Below are positions 45,768 to 59,963 of a stretch of DNA of 64,000 nucleotides, in pieces. The stretch lies in NCBI RefSeq assembly GCF_009914755.1, contig NC_060936.1; one strand, 5' to 3'. The notes beneath the pieces are model-generated. The model had not been told where the DNA came from, made no database searches, and was given only the letters and a program-made list of their open reading frames with translations. Both the position numbers and the translations under genes were made by a program. Numbering within the stretch: the first letter of the stretch is position 1; each line of letters starts with the position of its first letter. This stretch comes from the human T2T-CHM13v2.0 reference genome, Homo sapiens.

Positions 45768-47557
45768 TCAGGGAGCAAGAACTCGGGGCTTGGAATCATT
45801 GTGGTTATTTAGTGTCCGTGGGTGGCAGGCCTGAGTGCCAGAGGCCACACCTCTAAGAAGGAGAATGTCCCTCTGCCCTCCCAGTAGTGTGGGTGCGGGG
45901 CTGATGGCTGAACCAGCATTCATTCCCCTTCATCGAGCCCAGCGCAAAGCAACAAATTCCCTTCCCTTGAGGTGCGTAAGTGCGAGGGGAAGATGGACAA
46001 GGAGAAAGTAAACAAATGCACAACCCAGACAGTTGCAGGCAGTGACGGATCTCATGCAGGGATGAGACAGAGGCATGGCAGTGGCCAGGTGACAGCCTCA
46101 GACAGGGGCGCAGGTGGGCTCCTCCAAGCAGAGTCTGCAAAGGGGGCTCCAGGCAGTGGGGACAGCACATACCTCAAGGCAGGGAGAATTTGGAGGCTTT
46201 GAGGAACAGAAGGCCCCCTGGGGCTGGAGTTTTCCAGAGCTTAAAAAAAGAAATCACTTTTCTTATTAGGTTTTCCAGAGGGTAAAAGGAGGTGAGACCT
46301 GGCAAATGGTAGCTATCACTCACTCCCCTTCTCAGGTGGAAAAATAATCTCAATTTGGGGGCACACAAACCCAAGGACCATTGATGGCTGTGACAAAAAA
46401 AGGTGTGGGTTTTTTTCTTCTCTGCAGTCCCACATGGGTTAGAGTTACCCAGGACACTCTTCTGACAGATCTTTAATAACAAAAGATGTGTTCATGTGTG
46501 TGTGTAGGCACATGCATGCACAGACAAAAACACGTCTGCACATGCATAGAGGCACACAGACACGTGCATGTACACGCATCCACATATGTGCAGTGCACAC
46601 ATCAAGAGGAGCTTTTCTGTCCAAGGTTCTCTGACAACACCAGAATAAATGTTTCCCTAGCTAATAGGCACACCATAGATTTTCGTTAAAACCCTGTGTG
46701 AGCAGTCAGTAGCTCCAACTGGCCAAGTGAAAAGGTTGTTGCAGCCACAGAAGATGTGGAGAGTGTATGATGGGGGGTGGGAAGCCCCGGGGTGGGGATT
46801 AGGATGGGCTGGGCCCCCAGAGTCGAGTGGGGGTGTGTGTCCCTGAGGGACACCTGTACAGCCAGGCCTCCAGAAGGGGTACTAGAGGAACCATTCTGGC
46901 TGGATAGCAAGAGGGGTTGTCAAATAGGGCACTCACCCTCTCGGGCCTGTTTCCTCACCTGGAAAAGGGAGATCACACACCTCCATAAGGCTGCTGGGAG
47001 GATTAAGTGAGATTGTGTCTAGGGATTCTGGGAAATGGCGGCCTGAATGGGGCATGGAACCACGTGGCTGCTGGGACGTGGAGCACGTGGGGTGTGGACT
47101 AGGCCTTGGGGTCTGTTGAGAGAGCCAGAGATCCAAAGTCTCTCTCATCAATGGGTTGTGTTGCCCCAGGGAGCCCCCAAGACCAGGGACAAGGCCCTGG
47201 GATTGGAGAATCCAGGGAGGACTTGGTTCTTTGTAGACTTCAGGGGTTCCTTTCAGCATCAGCCTCAAGACTGCGGGGGCTGGGGAGGGAGCGAGTGGGC
47301 GGCTGGGGCTGTTGTGCCCTGCCCTCAAGGCTGGGTGGCGGAGGCCTCTTGCTGAGAAGCACATGCCCACAGGACCTGAGACCCCTGCCTTTTTGCTACC
47401 TGTGGGATTCCTACAGCTAATAAGTTTCCAGCAGCTAGACCTGAGTCCCACTGAATAGAAGAGAAAAATAACTGCTCACTTGAGGCTGTCAGAAGCCAGA
47501 GAGAAGCACAGTGGGCCGATCCATCAGAATAGCAACTTCTAGAATATCAGAAACCCA

Positions 47558-48470
<913 letters not shown>

Positions 48471-49453
48471 TGACAATTTTAAAAGAAGAGATGAAGAGAG
48501 GGAAAATATGTAAGTATTCTTTATAGGTACACACTGCTTTTAAGTAAGAATGATTTTAGCCCCAAATCGAAGGACATGAATTTGCATATAGATATTTATT
48601 TGAGCCCCACTATGTACAGGGTGTGATGTACATCAGTAAAGCTTCATGCAGAGTAAGGGGAGAGATATACATATTAAGCTTAAATTCAAGAAAAGTGGAA
48701 ATTTATGTTCAACTGTATTATGGTACAACAGTCCTCATTTTAGAAAATAGAGCACTGTATTAATTTCATTATTTTTTAAAGCCCAAGTACTGGTTTGCTC
48801 CAAAGAATAAAAATAAAAACAAACCAAAAAAAAACCTTAGAGAAATTCAAGTGAAACCCAAAAATGACTTCCTAGAGCTTTAAGACCTGATTTTTAAACT
48901 AAAAATTAAGTGAATGAATTTCAGGAAAGGTTAGTTTTGTTGCAATTTAAATAGTGGCCTAGAAGATGATATCTTGGGAATATCATGAAGCAAAATAACA
49001 AAGAAATGCAAATAAAATCATTCCAGAAACAGAAGCCAAAAGTAAGCAAGTAATACAGGAAAATGTTCTTCAGCACAGAAGAGAACAGAATCTGCAGGTT
49101 GAAAGAACTCCCGAACTCCAAGCTGGAAGGATAAGGAAAAGCACACACCAAGGTGCATCCCAGCAACATTAACAAACTCCAAGGATTAAGAGAATATCTG
49201 GCCTACTTCTGGGCAGAAAGAACATAACTCTAGTGGAAAAGTCAGGCTGGTGTCGTACTTCTTGGCAACACTGCCAGCAAGGAAACAGAGAACAGAGGGC
49301 TCCGACTCACAGACCCCAAGCCTGACAAGGTATTGATCATCTGCCAGATTGAGGACTGGGGGAACATTTTGTTTTGATTGGCCTGACGTGGTAGCTCAGG
49401 GCTTTGTAATCGGACTAGCTAGGGTTTGCATCCAGGTCAGCAATGTGACTTTA

Positions 49454-49801
<348 letters not shown>

Positions 49802-51135
49802 TCAGCTGTGTTCACTCCATTGCATTCCAGCCTGGGTGATGGAGCTAGATAGATCCTGTCTCAAAAAAAAAAAAAAAGATAAATGAATAAACAGGCAAAA
49901 AATGAATCTGAACTGTGAGAAGTCAGGATAGAGGAGGGTAGTGACAAGGAGGGAACATTAGGAGTGGGATTGCCAAGTTTAGCCAAAAAAAAAAAAAATT
50001 GCAGAACATCCAGTGACAGCAGAATTTAAGATAAGTTGGAATTACCTCTTGGAAGAACTGGGAATGTTGTGGATCCTGATCCGGGTGTGTCACGGGCTGC
50101 ACATTTATGATCTGTGCACTTGTCTCTGTGCATGCTACACACCCATAAAAAATTAAATTAATATAATGTGAGCAAGCACATTTTTACTATAAAACAGTTG
50201 AATGTGTTATGGAAGATATCGACTAAAATGTCCCCTTTCTATCATGACAACCAAATCCTCTCCAAAAGGAACAGGGTTTGCAGTTTCGTGTGAAGCCTTT
50301 CAGATGCTACTTTTTATTCTTTGCTTTTAAAATTGAGATGGCAAAGTGCATGTGTCCTAAGTGTCCAGTGAGATGAGTTTCTACACAGGTGCACACTGTG
50401 TAACCACCACCCGAGGCAGGACGCAGAACATTTCAGCCCCAGAGCTTTTCCTAGTGTCCCTTCCCAGCCAACCCTCCTGAAAGTCAGCACCTCTTGGCCT
50501 CTAGCCCCGTAGATTAGTTTTGCCATTCCAGAACTTCAGCAGATTCCTTCCAGACATTTTAAAAATAAAAATTGTATTTAAGAATTTATTTTAAAAGTGG
50601 CAGAGTTCTCCTTTCCCCTGGCCCAGTTTCCCTGATGTTAACACAGGTTACATGACCCTAATACATCGGTTACAACAAAGAAACTGATATTGATGCATTA
50701 CTATTGACCAAACTTCCTGGCTTGATTTGGATTTCACCAGCCTTTCCACTATGGTCGTTTTGCTGTTCCAAGATCTAATCCAGGATATCACATTGCATTT
50801 AGCCTTCCCAACTCTCTGTCTCTCTCTTTCTGTCTGACACACACACACAGAGACACACACAGACACACACACACACAAATATTACTTTTTTTCACAATAA
50901 TGATGTCATACCATGCAAACAGAGATACACATTTTCACGTTAATGGTATCATAACTCATACACATGCACATACCCGCCCCAGCCACCTGAATTTTCCCAC
51001 TCTATGGTGGCCTTGGAGACCTCCTTTGCAGTCCCTACCTCACTGATGGAGGCTGGCGTGGTCTTCCCTCAAGCTGAGCCAGGCCGTGCAGCTGGCACAT
51101 TTAATACACGCCCAAAGCACCAGAGGTGCCAATGA

Positions 51136-51306
<171 letters not shown>

Positions 51307-52562
51307 TGAGTAGCTCTGATTACAGACGTGTGCCACCACGCCTGGCTAATTTGTGTACTTTCAGTAGAGATGGGGTTTCACCATGTTGGCCAGGCTGGTC
51401 TTGAACTCCTGACATCAGGTGATCCACCTGCCTCAGCCTCCCAAAGTGTTGGGATTACAGGCGTCAGCCACCGTGCCCGGCCAATTAATGTTTGTTTGTT
51501 TTTAAGTCAAAATAGCCACCATGGGGAAAAACTCCGAACATGCCAGGATGTTCTCACGCTAGCTGGACTATTAAGTACTGTTTTTATCTTTCGTTTGCTG
51601 TCAGGTGGTGACAGCCAGCATCTTTTCAGTCTTTGGGGCTTTTAAAGATTTCAATCCAGCCCTGCTGGAGGCATATTTTAATTCGTTTCTTCTGCAGGGG
51701 CTTTTTGCACTTTAGCTCCTGGAATTCAAGTCTTAAGCCATTACATCCCATATTGTAAGGGAGAAAGGGAAAGGCTTCTCTACATGTTTGTCTTATAAAA
51801 CTCTTCAGCGGATCACATAAGTATGCATGCTAATATCAGTAGCTTACAGAGTTAATCTAGTAATGTATTAATATTTAGGACAGAGCCTGGCACAGGAAAG
51901 TGTCACATAAGTGCCCACCATGATCTCCAATGGAAGCAAGTAGCACAGCGGGTTAACTTGCCTTGGGGTGTAAGGCCCCTTTAAAGAGGGCGGTGAAGTC
52001 AGCCACCTCTTGATAGAACAAAGGCATACCAGGCCCTGCCAGCCCAAAGCCGGGTGGCTGATGGCTTTTGTCACCAAGTGATAGCCTATCTCCTCGTGTC
52101 AGGGCCCCCAGGCGTCAGTGAGAGCCACCAAGTGGGGAGGGTGGCTTCTCTTGGGAGTCAGATTCAGGTGGACCAGGCCTGTGCCCAGCAAAGATGGGTG
52201 AGCCACATAACGGGGCACCCCCTGTGTACACAGCACCACTGGGACAAGCAGCATCAGCTCCCCGTGCCTCAGTTTCCTCATATGTGAAATGGGAACATGT
52301 AATAGAGGTCCTTCAAAAAGTTATCATGAGGTTTAAATGAGTTAATTACTGCTTCTAAAGTTCTAGAATACTGCTGGGCATGGTGATGTTCAGTGAATGC
52401 CAGCTCTTATTCCAGAGAACTGGCTAGGCACCCATGTCAGTGGAAATGGAGGTAAAAGAAATAACGTGTTCCAGCTGGGCGTGGTGGCTCACGCCTGTAA
52501 TCCCAGCACTTTGGGAGGCCAAGGCGGGCAGATCATGAGGTCAAGAGATCGAGACCATCCTA

Positions 52563-52945
<383 letters not shown>

Positions 52946-53524
52946 CTATTCTTCCTCTAAAATGTCTTGCAAATCCATTTCCTCAAGTCCAGCCCCAGCT
53001 GTGGCCTAAGGTAGTAGGCCCCAACTGGTTTTGGGCCTCCTCTCTCTTGTCTTTATATCTTGCCCTTCACACACTCTGAGTCCAACTCCTTTCCCCCATA
53101 CCCCATTCTGATGATGACTTGTACATGCTCTAGAACCCTCAGTGGTTCCCCACTACCTCAGGAGGAAATCTCCCCTCCTTAGCCTGACAGCTAAGATCTT
53201 TTATCACTTGACCCTGTCCTACCAGAATGGTGTTATGATTGTAAGCTGGGTTCCAGGTCAGCTCCTCCACTTCCTTGACTGTGGGGCCCCTGGACAGGTG
53301 ACTTAACCACCCTAAACCTCAGAGTCTTCACTTGATAAATGGAGAAAACTATCATGCTAGCTTTGGAAGAGTGTCGTTCAAGTGAAACTAGATAATTGTG
53401 ATACTAACGATAGCAGCTAACATTTATTGTGTGTTTATTCTGTTCCAAGCACCATCCACATGGTTACTCATGCAATGAGTGTAAATGGCTTTGCACAGCG
53501 CCAGGCATGGAGAGTACAGGCACT

Positions 53525-53930
53525 GTGCGTGAGAGAGTGTATGTGTGTGAGTGTATGAGTGTGTGTGACTGCGTGAGAGAGTGTATGTGTGTGAGTGTAT
53601 GAGTGTGTGTGACTGCGTGAGTGTGTGTATGAGTGTGTGTGACTGTGACTGTGTGTTTGTGAGTGTGTGTGACAGGTGTGTATGTGACTGTGTGAGTGTG
53701 TGAGTGTATGTGTGTGTAAGTGTATGTGTGTGACGTGTGTGTATGTGTGCCACGTGTCTGTGTATGTGAGTGTGTGAGTGTGTATATGTGAGTGTGTTAA
53801 AATGTGTGAGTGTGTGTGAGTGTGTATAAGCGTGTGTGTGATTGTGAGAGTGTGTGTGTGAGTGAATGTGTGAGAGAGTGTGTATGTGAGAGTGTGAGTG
53901 TGTGAGTGGGTGTGTGTATGAGTGTGTGTG
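53525..53930. repeat. (TG/TGTGAG)n compound repeat
   Basis: gtgtgagtgtatgtgt variants; source of the His/Thr ORFs on the - strand. Confidence 0.93.
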
Positions 53931-54484
53931 GTTATTACTGGTTGTCTTCCCAGCCTCATTTCCTACTCCGGCCCCCACCTCACCCTCCAGCCCGTTATTC
54001 AGTGCTCTTAGGGACAGCTGCTCTGAGCTGGCGGAGTAGAAGCTATCATGTATTGAGTGCTCCAGTGGACTGGGGGAGGCAGGCCTGCCCGCCATGGCCA
54101 CCACCCAGCCACTGCATAGCTTGCCAAACTGAAGTCCCAAAAGAAATCAAATCGCCATCATCCCCCTTCCCTAGAGCTCCTTGCATGTCACGCACTGAGC
54201 CATATGCTTTACTCACCGTCGGATATAATCCTCACAACACTATGAGGAAGGTACTAATATTAGACCCATTTTCCAGATGAGGAAACTGACGCTCAGGGAG
54301 GAGTAGTCACTCCCCAAGGCCCTACTGCTAGCATCTGGTAGCGCTGGGCTTCGAACTCAGATTGTCGGACTCCTCTGTACACACTTTTCCTCCCCATGGT
54401 ATTCTGGTTTCAAAGCCGGGGGATCCGGCCCCACCTCTCACTACCCTCCAGGATCCCAGAGCTCGGATCCAGCCTCAACGACCC

Positions 54485-54840
54485 AGATAGCCCTGCAGTG
54501 GCTTTCTTGTCCCTGGTATTTTTAGCCCTCGGTCATCTATCTTGCCTGCACTGGGGACAGCGGCACTCAGACAAGCCCATTTTTACTGGTGCCCTTCAGA
54601 TGCCCGCGGGCTCAGCTGTCTCGGTGCCTGGCATTCCGGGGGTATTGTTCCTCTCTACGAGTCCCAGATTCCAGCAACAGCTGCTGCCCCAGGCTCCCCC
54701 GCCAGCTTCCCCCTGCGCTCCCCCTGCCCGCCTGCCAGAGCCCCCTTGCTGAAGAACGTGGCACAGTGACAGCCGAACCTGGTCCCGCATGCCTGGGCCC
54801 AGAGCTATATAAAGGCCACACTCCTGGCTCATTAGTCATC
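54485..54840 (+). promoter_or_regulatory. Candidate striated-muscle enhancer/promoter with TATA box
   Basis: GATA x2, MEF2-like, CAGCTG E-boxes x2, MCAT, GC box, TGACAG and TATATAAA within ~330 bp of unique, CpG-retaining sequence. Confidence 0.6.
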
Positions 54841-57800
54841 CGACCTGAGGTTGTCGGGTGAAGGACCTTTCAACGAGTCTTCAGGGGACACCCAGCTCTG
54901 CAGGCCCAGGCCCTTGCTCCTCCCCAGCACAGATGCAGGCGTCTGCGGGGCTTCCATTCTGGAGCAGCACTCTCATCCTGGGCTCTATGGATGTGAGGGG
55001 CTGGATAATTCTTTGTTACGGCAGTGGAGGGTGTCCCGTGCATTACGGTATGATCAGCCGCATCCTTGGTCTCCACCCACTAGCAGCCATTAGCAAACCC
55101 CCCTCCCAAATTGTGATATCCAAAAATGTCCTCAACATTGCTCACTGCCCTGAGGGGCATACATTATCCCAATTTCAGCACCATCGACATACAGAGCAAT
55201 TCCTAGGAAGGGAGAGACAGGTTTTCTGCTCGTAGAGTTTGAGGATGGTTTAGGGCTGCCCGAGTCCACCGACCTCCTGAGGTCTCCTGGCTGGGGACTT
55301 TGGGGAAGAAGGGACATTGGAGTTGGGTCTGGGCTAGAATGTCACCTCTGCTGCTTGCTGACCGGATGAAACAGGTCCAGTGGCTTTTTCCGGTTCCATC
55401 TCCATTTCCATTTTTTTATCTGCAAAATGTGTTGGTTCAGAACACTGACCTCATGGCGGCGCTGTGAGGCTGGCTCGAGATAATTTTGAGCAAAACCCTT
55501 CGTTCTTCATAAATTCTGTTCCCGGGGGGCTAATCTGTGCGTGTTCTCAGATGAAAAGTCAGGATTTTTCCTCTCACTGTTGGGGAAAAGGACAACCCTA
55601 AGATCACTGAGTCCCAAATAGTCTTTTTTTTTTCTTTTTTGAGACAAGGTCTTGCTCTGTCATCCAGGCTGGAGCCTCAGCTCACTGTAACCTCTGCCTC
55701 CTGGGCTCAAGCAATCTTCCACCTAAGCCTTCCAAGTAGCTGGGACTACAGGTGTGCACCACAACACTCAGCTAATTTTTGTATTTTTTTTTTTTGAGAT
55801 GGGGTCTTGCTATGTTGCCCAGGATGGTCTCCTGAGCTCTTCTGGGCTCAAGTGATCCACCCGCCTCAGCCTCCCAAAGTGCTGGGATTACAGGCGTGAG
55901 CCACCACACCCTGCCCCAAATACAGTCTTAATTCAGTGTGTAGAATGTGCAGCCCCAAGCGGTCATCATAATTCAGAACTCCTCCCTAGAGTTCATGTCT
56001 AGTCTCCAGGCCTGTGGTGAGCACACAGCCACCCAAGGCCACACCCGCACACCCGCTCTCCTGGTCTCTGCTTCCGCCTTTGCCACCCGGCAGCCCGAGG
56101 GACATTAAAGAAAAACAACAACAACACCCAGCTCGGTCATCACCACCCAAATTTTTTTTTTTTTTGGATGGAGTCTTGCTCTGTAGCCCAGGCTGGAGTG
56201 TAGTGGAACCAACTTGGCTCACTGCAACTCCTGCCTCCCAGGTTCAAGCGATTCTGCTGCCTCAGCCTCCTGAGTAGCTGGGATTATAGGTGCCCACCAC
56301 CTCGCCCGGCTAATTTTTGTATTTTTATTAGAGACGGGATTTCACCATGTTGGCCAGGCTGGTCTCGAACTCCTGACCTCAGGTGATCCACCTGCCTTGG
56401 CCTCCCAAAGTGCTGGGATTACAGGCGTGAACCACCACACCCAAACACCCGCATGTTTAAATGGCTGCCCATTCTCCTAGGATGCAGACCTTTCCATCTG
56501 CCTGGACCCCCCGCCCTGCCCCGCCATCCCCTCTTTGTCTGGATGGAGATCTCTCACCTTTGGCACTGCTGACATCGGGGCCAGGTCATTCTTTGCTGTG
56601 GGGCTGTCCTGTGTCTTGGAAGATGTTGAACAGCATCCCTGGCCTCTACCCACCAGATGCCACCCAGTCATGACAACCAAAGATGTCTCCAGACATTGCC
56701 ATGTGGCCCCTGGGAGTTGGGGCAAAACTGTTCTCCCCGAACTTCCAGACTAGGCCCTCCCAGCACTGCGTTCCTTTCTCCCTCCCAGTGTTGAACCACA
56801 GCTGCATTCTACTTTTTTTTGTCTGATTAGCTGATGAACACCCAACTTTCTGCTCAGACCATAACTCTACGGGACAGGCACCATGTCTATCTTGCCCACC
56901 GCTGCTTCTCCCGCACCCAGTACGGCACTGGCACATAGCGGGCACTGCGTCAGCCCTTGTCGAATGACTGCTCTCTTGTGGCACTTTCTGCATTCTGCTT
57001 CATTGTTTGTTAGTCTGTTTCTTCCACTAGAATCTTCTGGGCCAGGGGCCAGGATTCATGCATCTCTGCGGTGCCCTCGGTCCTGGCACATAGTAGGTGA
57101 TCATGATAGATTTGTTCCGTGGGACTGAATTCAACTGAGACCAAAGACGATCCTGGAGTAAGTCCAGGACACATGCCAGAAGGGCCTGAACAACTCTCTG
57201 TGCTGTGTCTCCAGGGCTGAAGGCATTGATCCTTGCACACCCACCTTGCTTGCCCAAGCCTCTCTGGGCCAGCTAGGTCCCCTCTGGCTAAGAGAGAATG
57301 GGGGTGTCAGGCCTCAGGAGAATTTTTTTGAGGTGAGTGTGAACTTTACTCTTTATCCCCTGTCTCCAACCATGTCACAGAGGTCAGGGCTTCAGCTCAT
57401 CTTCCCTGCCAACTCCACTCAGTAAGAAAGAGTGCTGTGATTGATTAGCAATGTCTGCCATGGACTGAGTGAAGGAAGGGTGACATGTATGCCATTGCCA
57501 CATGCTATGTATTTGCTATTCCTCCTTCGTAGGTGTCCTCTGAGACAGAAAGAAAGTTCTAGGGCCATGCATGGTGAAGAGAATAGGAGAGACTTTTGGG
57601 GTTGGGACATACAGTGAAACAGTTTCATTTCCCCCAGGAAAAGCCAGCCAGAAAAAGTTAGGCTGGCCCTGTTCTCTTGGGTGACTTTGGACAAGGGAAC
57701 AGGAGCCCAAGGGATTAAGGGGGAGGGTGTGCTAATACCTCTGTATCCTCACAGGGGGCCAGGGCATTTCACAAAGGACAAAAATAGATGAGAGAGAAGA

Positions 57801-58432
57801 AAGACAAAGAGGGATGGCTCATGGAATCCTCTCTGGAATGAAGGTGTGTGGCCAGCAAGGGCCTCGGAGGTGAGTCATGGTTTTACAAAGGGAACAGGCC
57901 CCAGGGAGGGGTATGGGCTGCCTGGTGCAATGCCCAGACACTGTCCTCAAGGTGAACCAGAGAATATTTAGACAAATGGAGAAAACCAGGATGATTTTAA
58001 TTCGGAACAGAGAACTGGGACCCTGGATCAGTGAGGAATGTTCTGGGATGCAGGTGATGGAAATCCATTAGCAGCAGCTTAAACAAACGGGGGGTTCGTT
58101 TTCTCTTAAGAAGTTGGAGAACAGACAGTTCCACGGTTGTTCAGTAGCTGGACATGATTGGGGACCCCAGAGTTGTCTCTGTGACTCTGTGGGGGTTCCC
58201 TCTTGTGGTCCCAAGATGGTGGCAGCAGAGCCAAGTGTCCTGTCCTCACGACACTACGTTCAAAGCAGAAGCTGGGGCGGGGGTGGTGGCAGTGGGGGTG
58301 GGGTCAGGTGCAAATGTTTCTTTACTTCTTATGGAGGACAATATCTTCATGGGGAAGCCCCTAGGAGACTTTTCATACATCTCACTGGCCAGAACAAGGT
58401 AAGGCGCCCACATCTAGACCAAGTCTGACCTA

Positions 58433-58948
<516 letters not shown>

Positions 58949-59614
58949 CTAGTTCAACAGGTTCCCCAGTTGCAGATCTTCTCAGAGCCTTTAAACAATG
59001 ATGACTACTTATTGACTATTTGCCAGCTGCTGTGTCCATAGCTACATCTCTATTATCTCATTAAATCCTTATAATAACTCTAAGGGACAGAGGAAATAGA
59101 AACTAAGGAAGGGGGCAGAGCCAGGAATTGAACCCAGGACTCTGATTCTAGACTCCTATGCTGTCCTTTTACTACAGAGCAAACATCTACTAAAAGGGAC
59201 AAGTTATTCTTCTCTGGGGGATACTGAATTAAGACTGAAAGCCTGGAAACTTCCAGCTTCTCTCTTGCTATTCCTTTCTCCCCGTAGATTGCCCCTGGCT
59301 CCTGGGAGAGGAATTCAGATTAAATCTCATGTCTTCGGTGTGGATTCCCAAAATTGAAGTCTGCTCTTTTTAAAATTTTTTTGGTAACACCTTGTTTTTC
59401 TCTTTCAGGGCACTTACCTTAGTTTTTAGTCAGGTATTTTCATTTATTTGTGCGTTAGGGACTTGTCTCTTTTACTGTAATATCGGCTCCATAAAGGCTG
59501 AGGTTTTTGTCTGTCTGTTTTGCTGCTGTAGCCCCAGCACCAAGAACCGTGGCTGGCACACAGTAAATTCACAGTAAAAATGTCGAGTCAATGAACAATC
59601 TTGACTTGGCTAAT

Positions 59615-59963
59615 TGATAGGGTTTGGCTGTGTCCCCACCCAAATTTCATCTCCAATTGTATTCCCCACTTGTCGGGGGAAGGGCCTGGTGGGAGGTGAT
59701 TGTATCATGGGGGCGGAGCTCCCCCTCCCCCTTGCTATTCTCGTGATAGAGCTCTCCTCACTTCTCTCTCTGTCTCTCCTGCCACCATGTGAAGAAGGTG
59801 CTTGTTTCCCCTTTGCCTTCCGCCATGAGTGTAAGTTTCCTGAGGTCTCCCAGTCATACTGCTGGTTAAGCCTGCAGAACGGTGAGTCCATAAAACCTCT
59901 TTTCTTCATAAATTACCCAGTCTCAGGTAGTTCTTTATAGCAGTGTGAGAATGGACTAATACA
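59615..59963 (+). mobile_element. Solo MaLR LTR (THE1D-like)
   Basis: Starts TGATAGGGTTTGGCTGTGTCCCCACCCAAAT and ends GGACTAATACA (TG...CA termini); perfect 5-bp TSD CTAAT at 59610-59614 and 59964-59968. Confidence 0.92.

Noticed and set aside
53424-54140. 238-aa and 163-aa His/Thr-rich ORFs on the - strand
   Set aside because: (CA)n-type repeat translation
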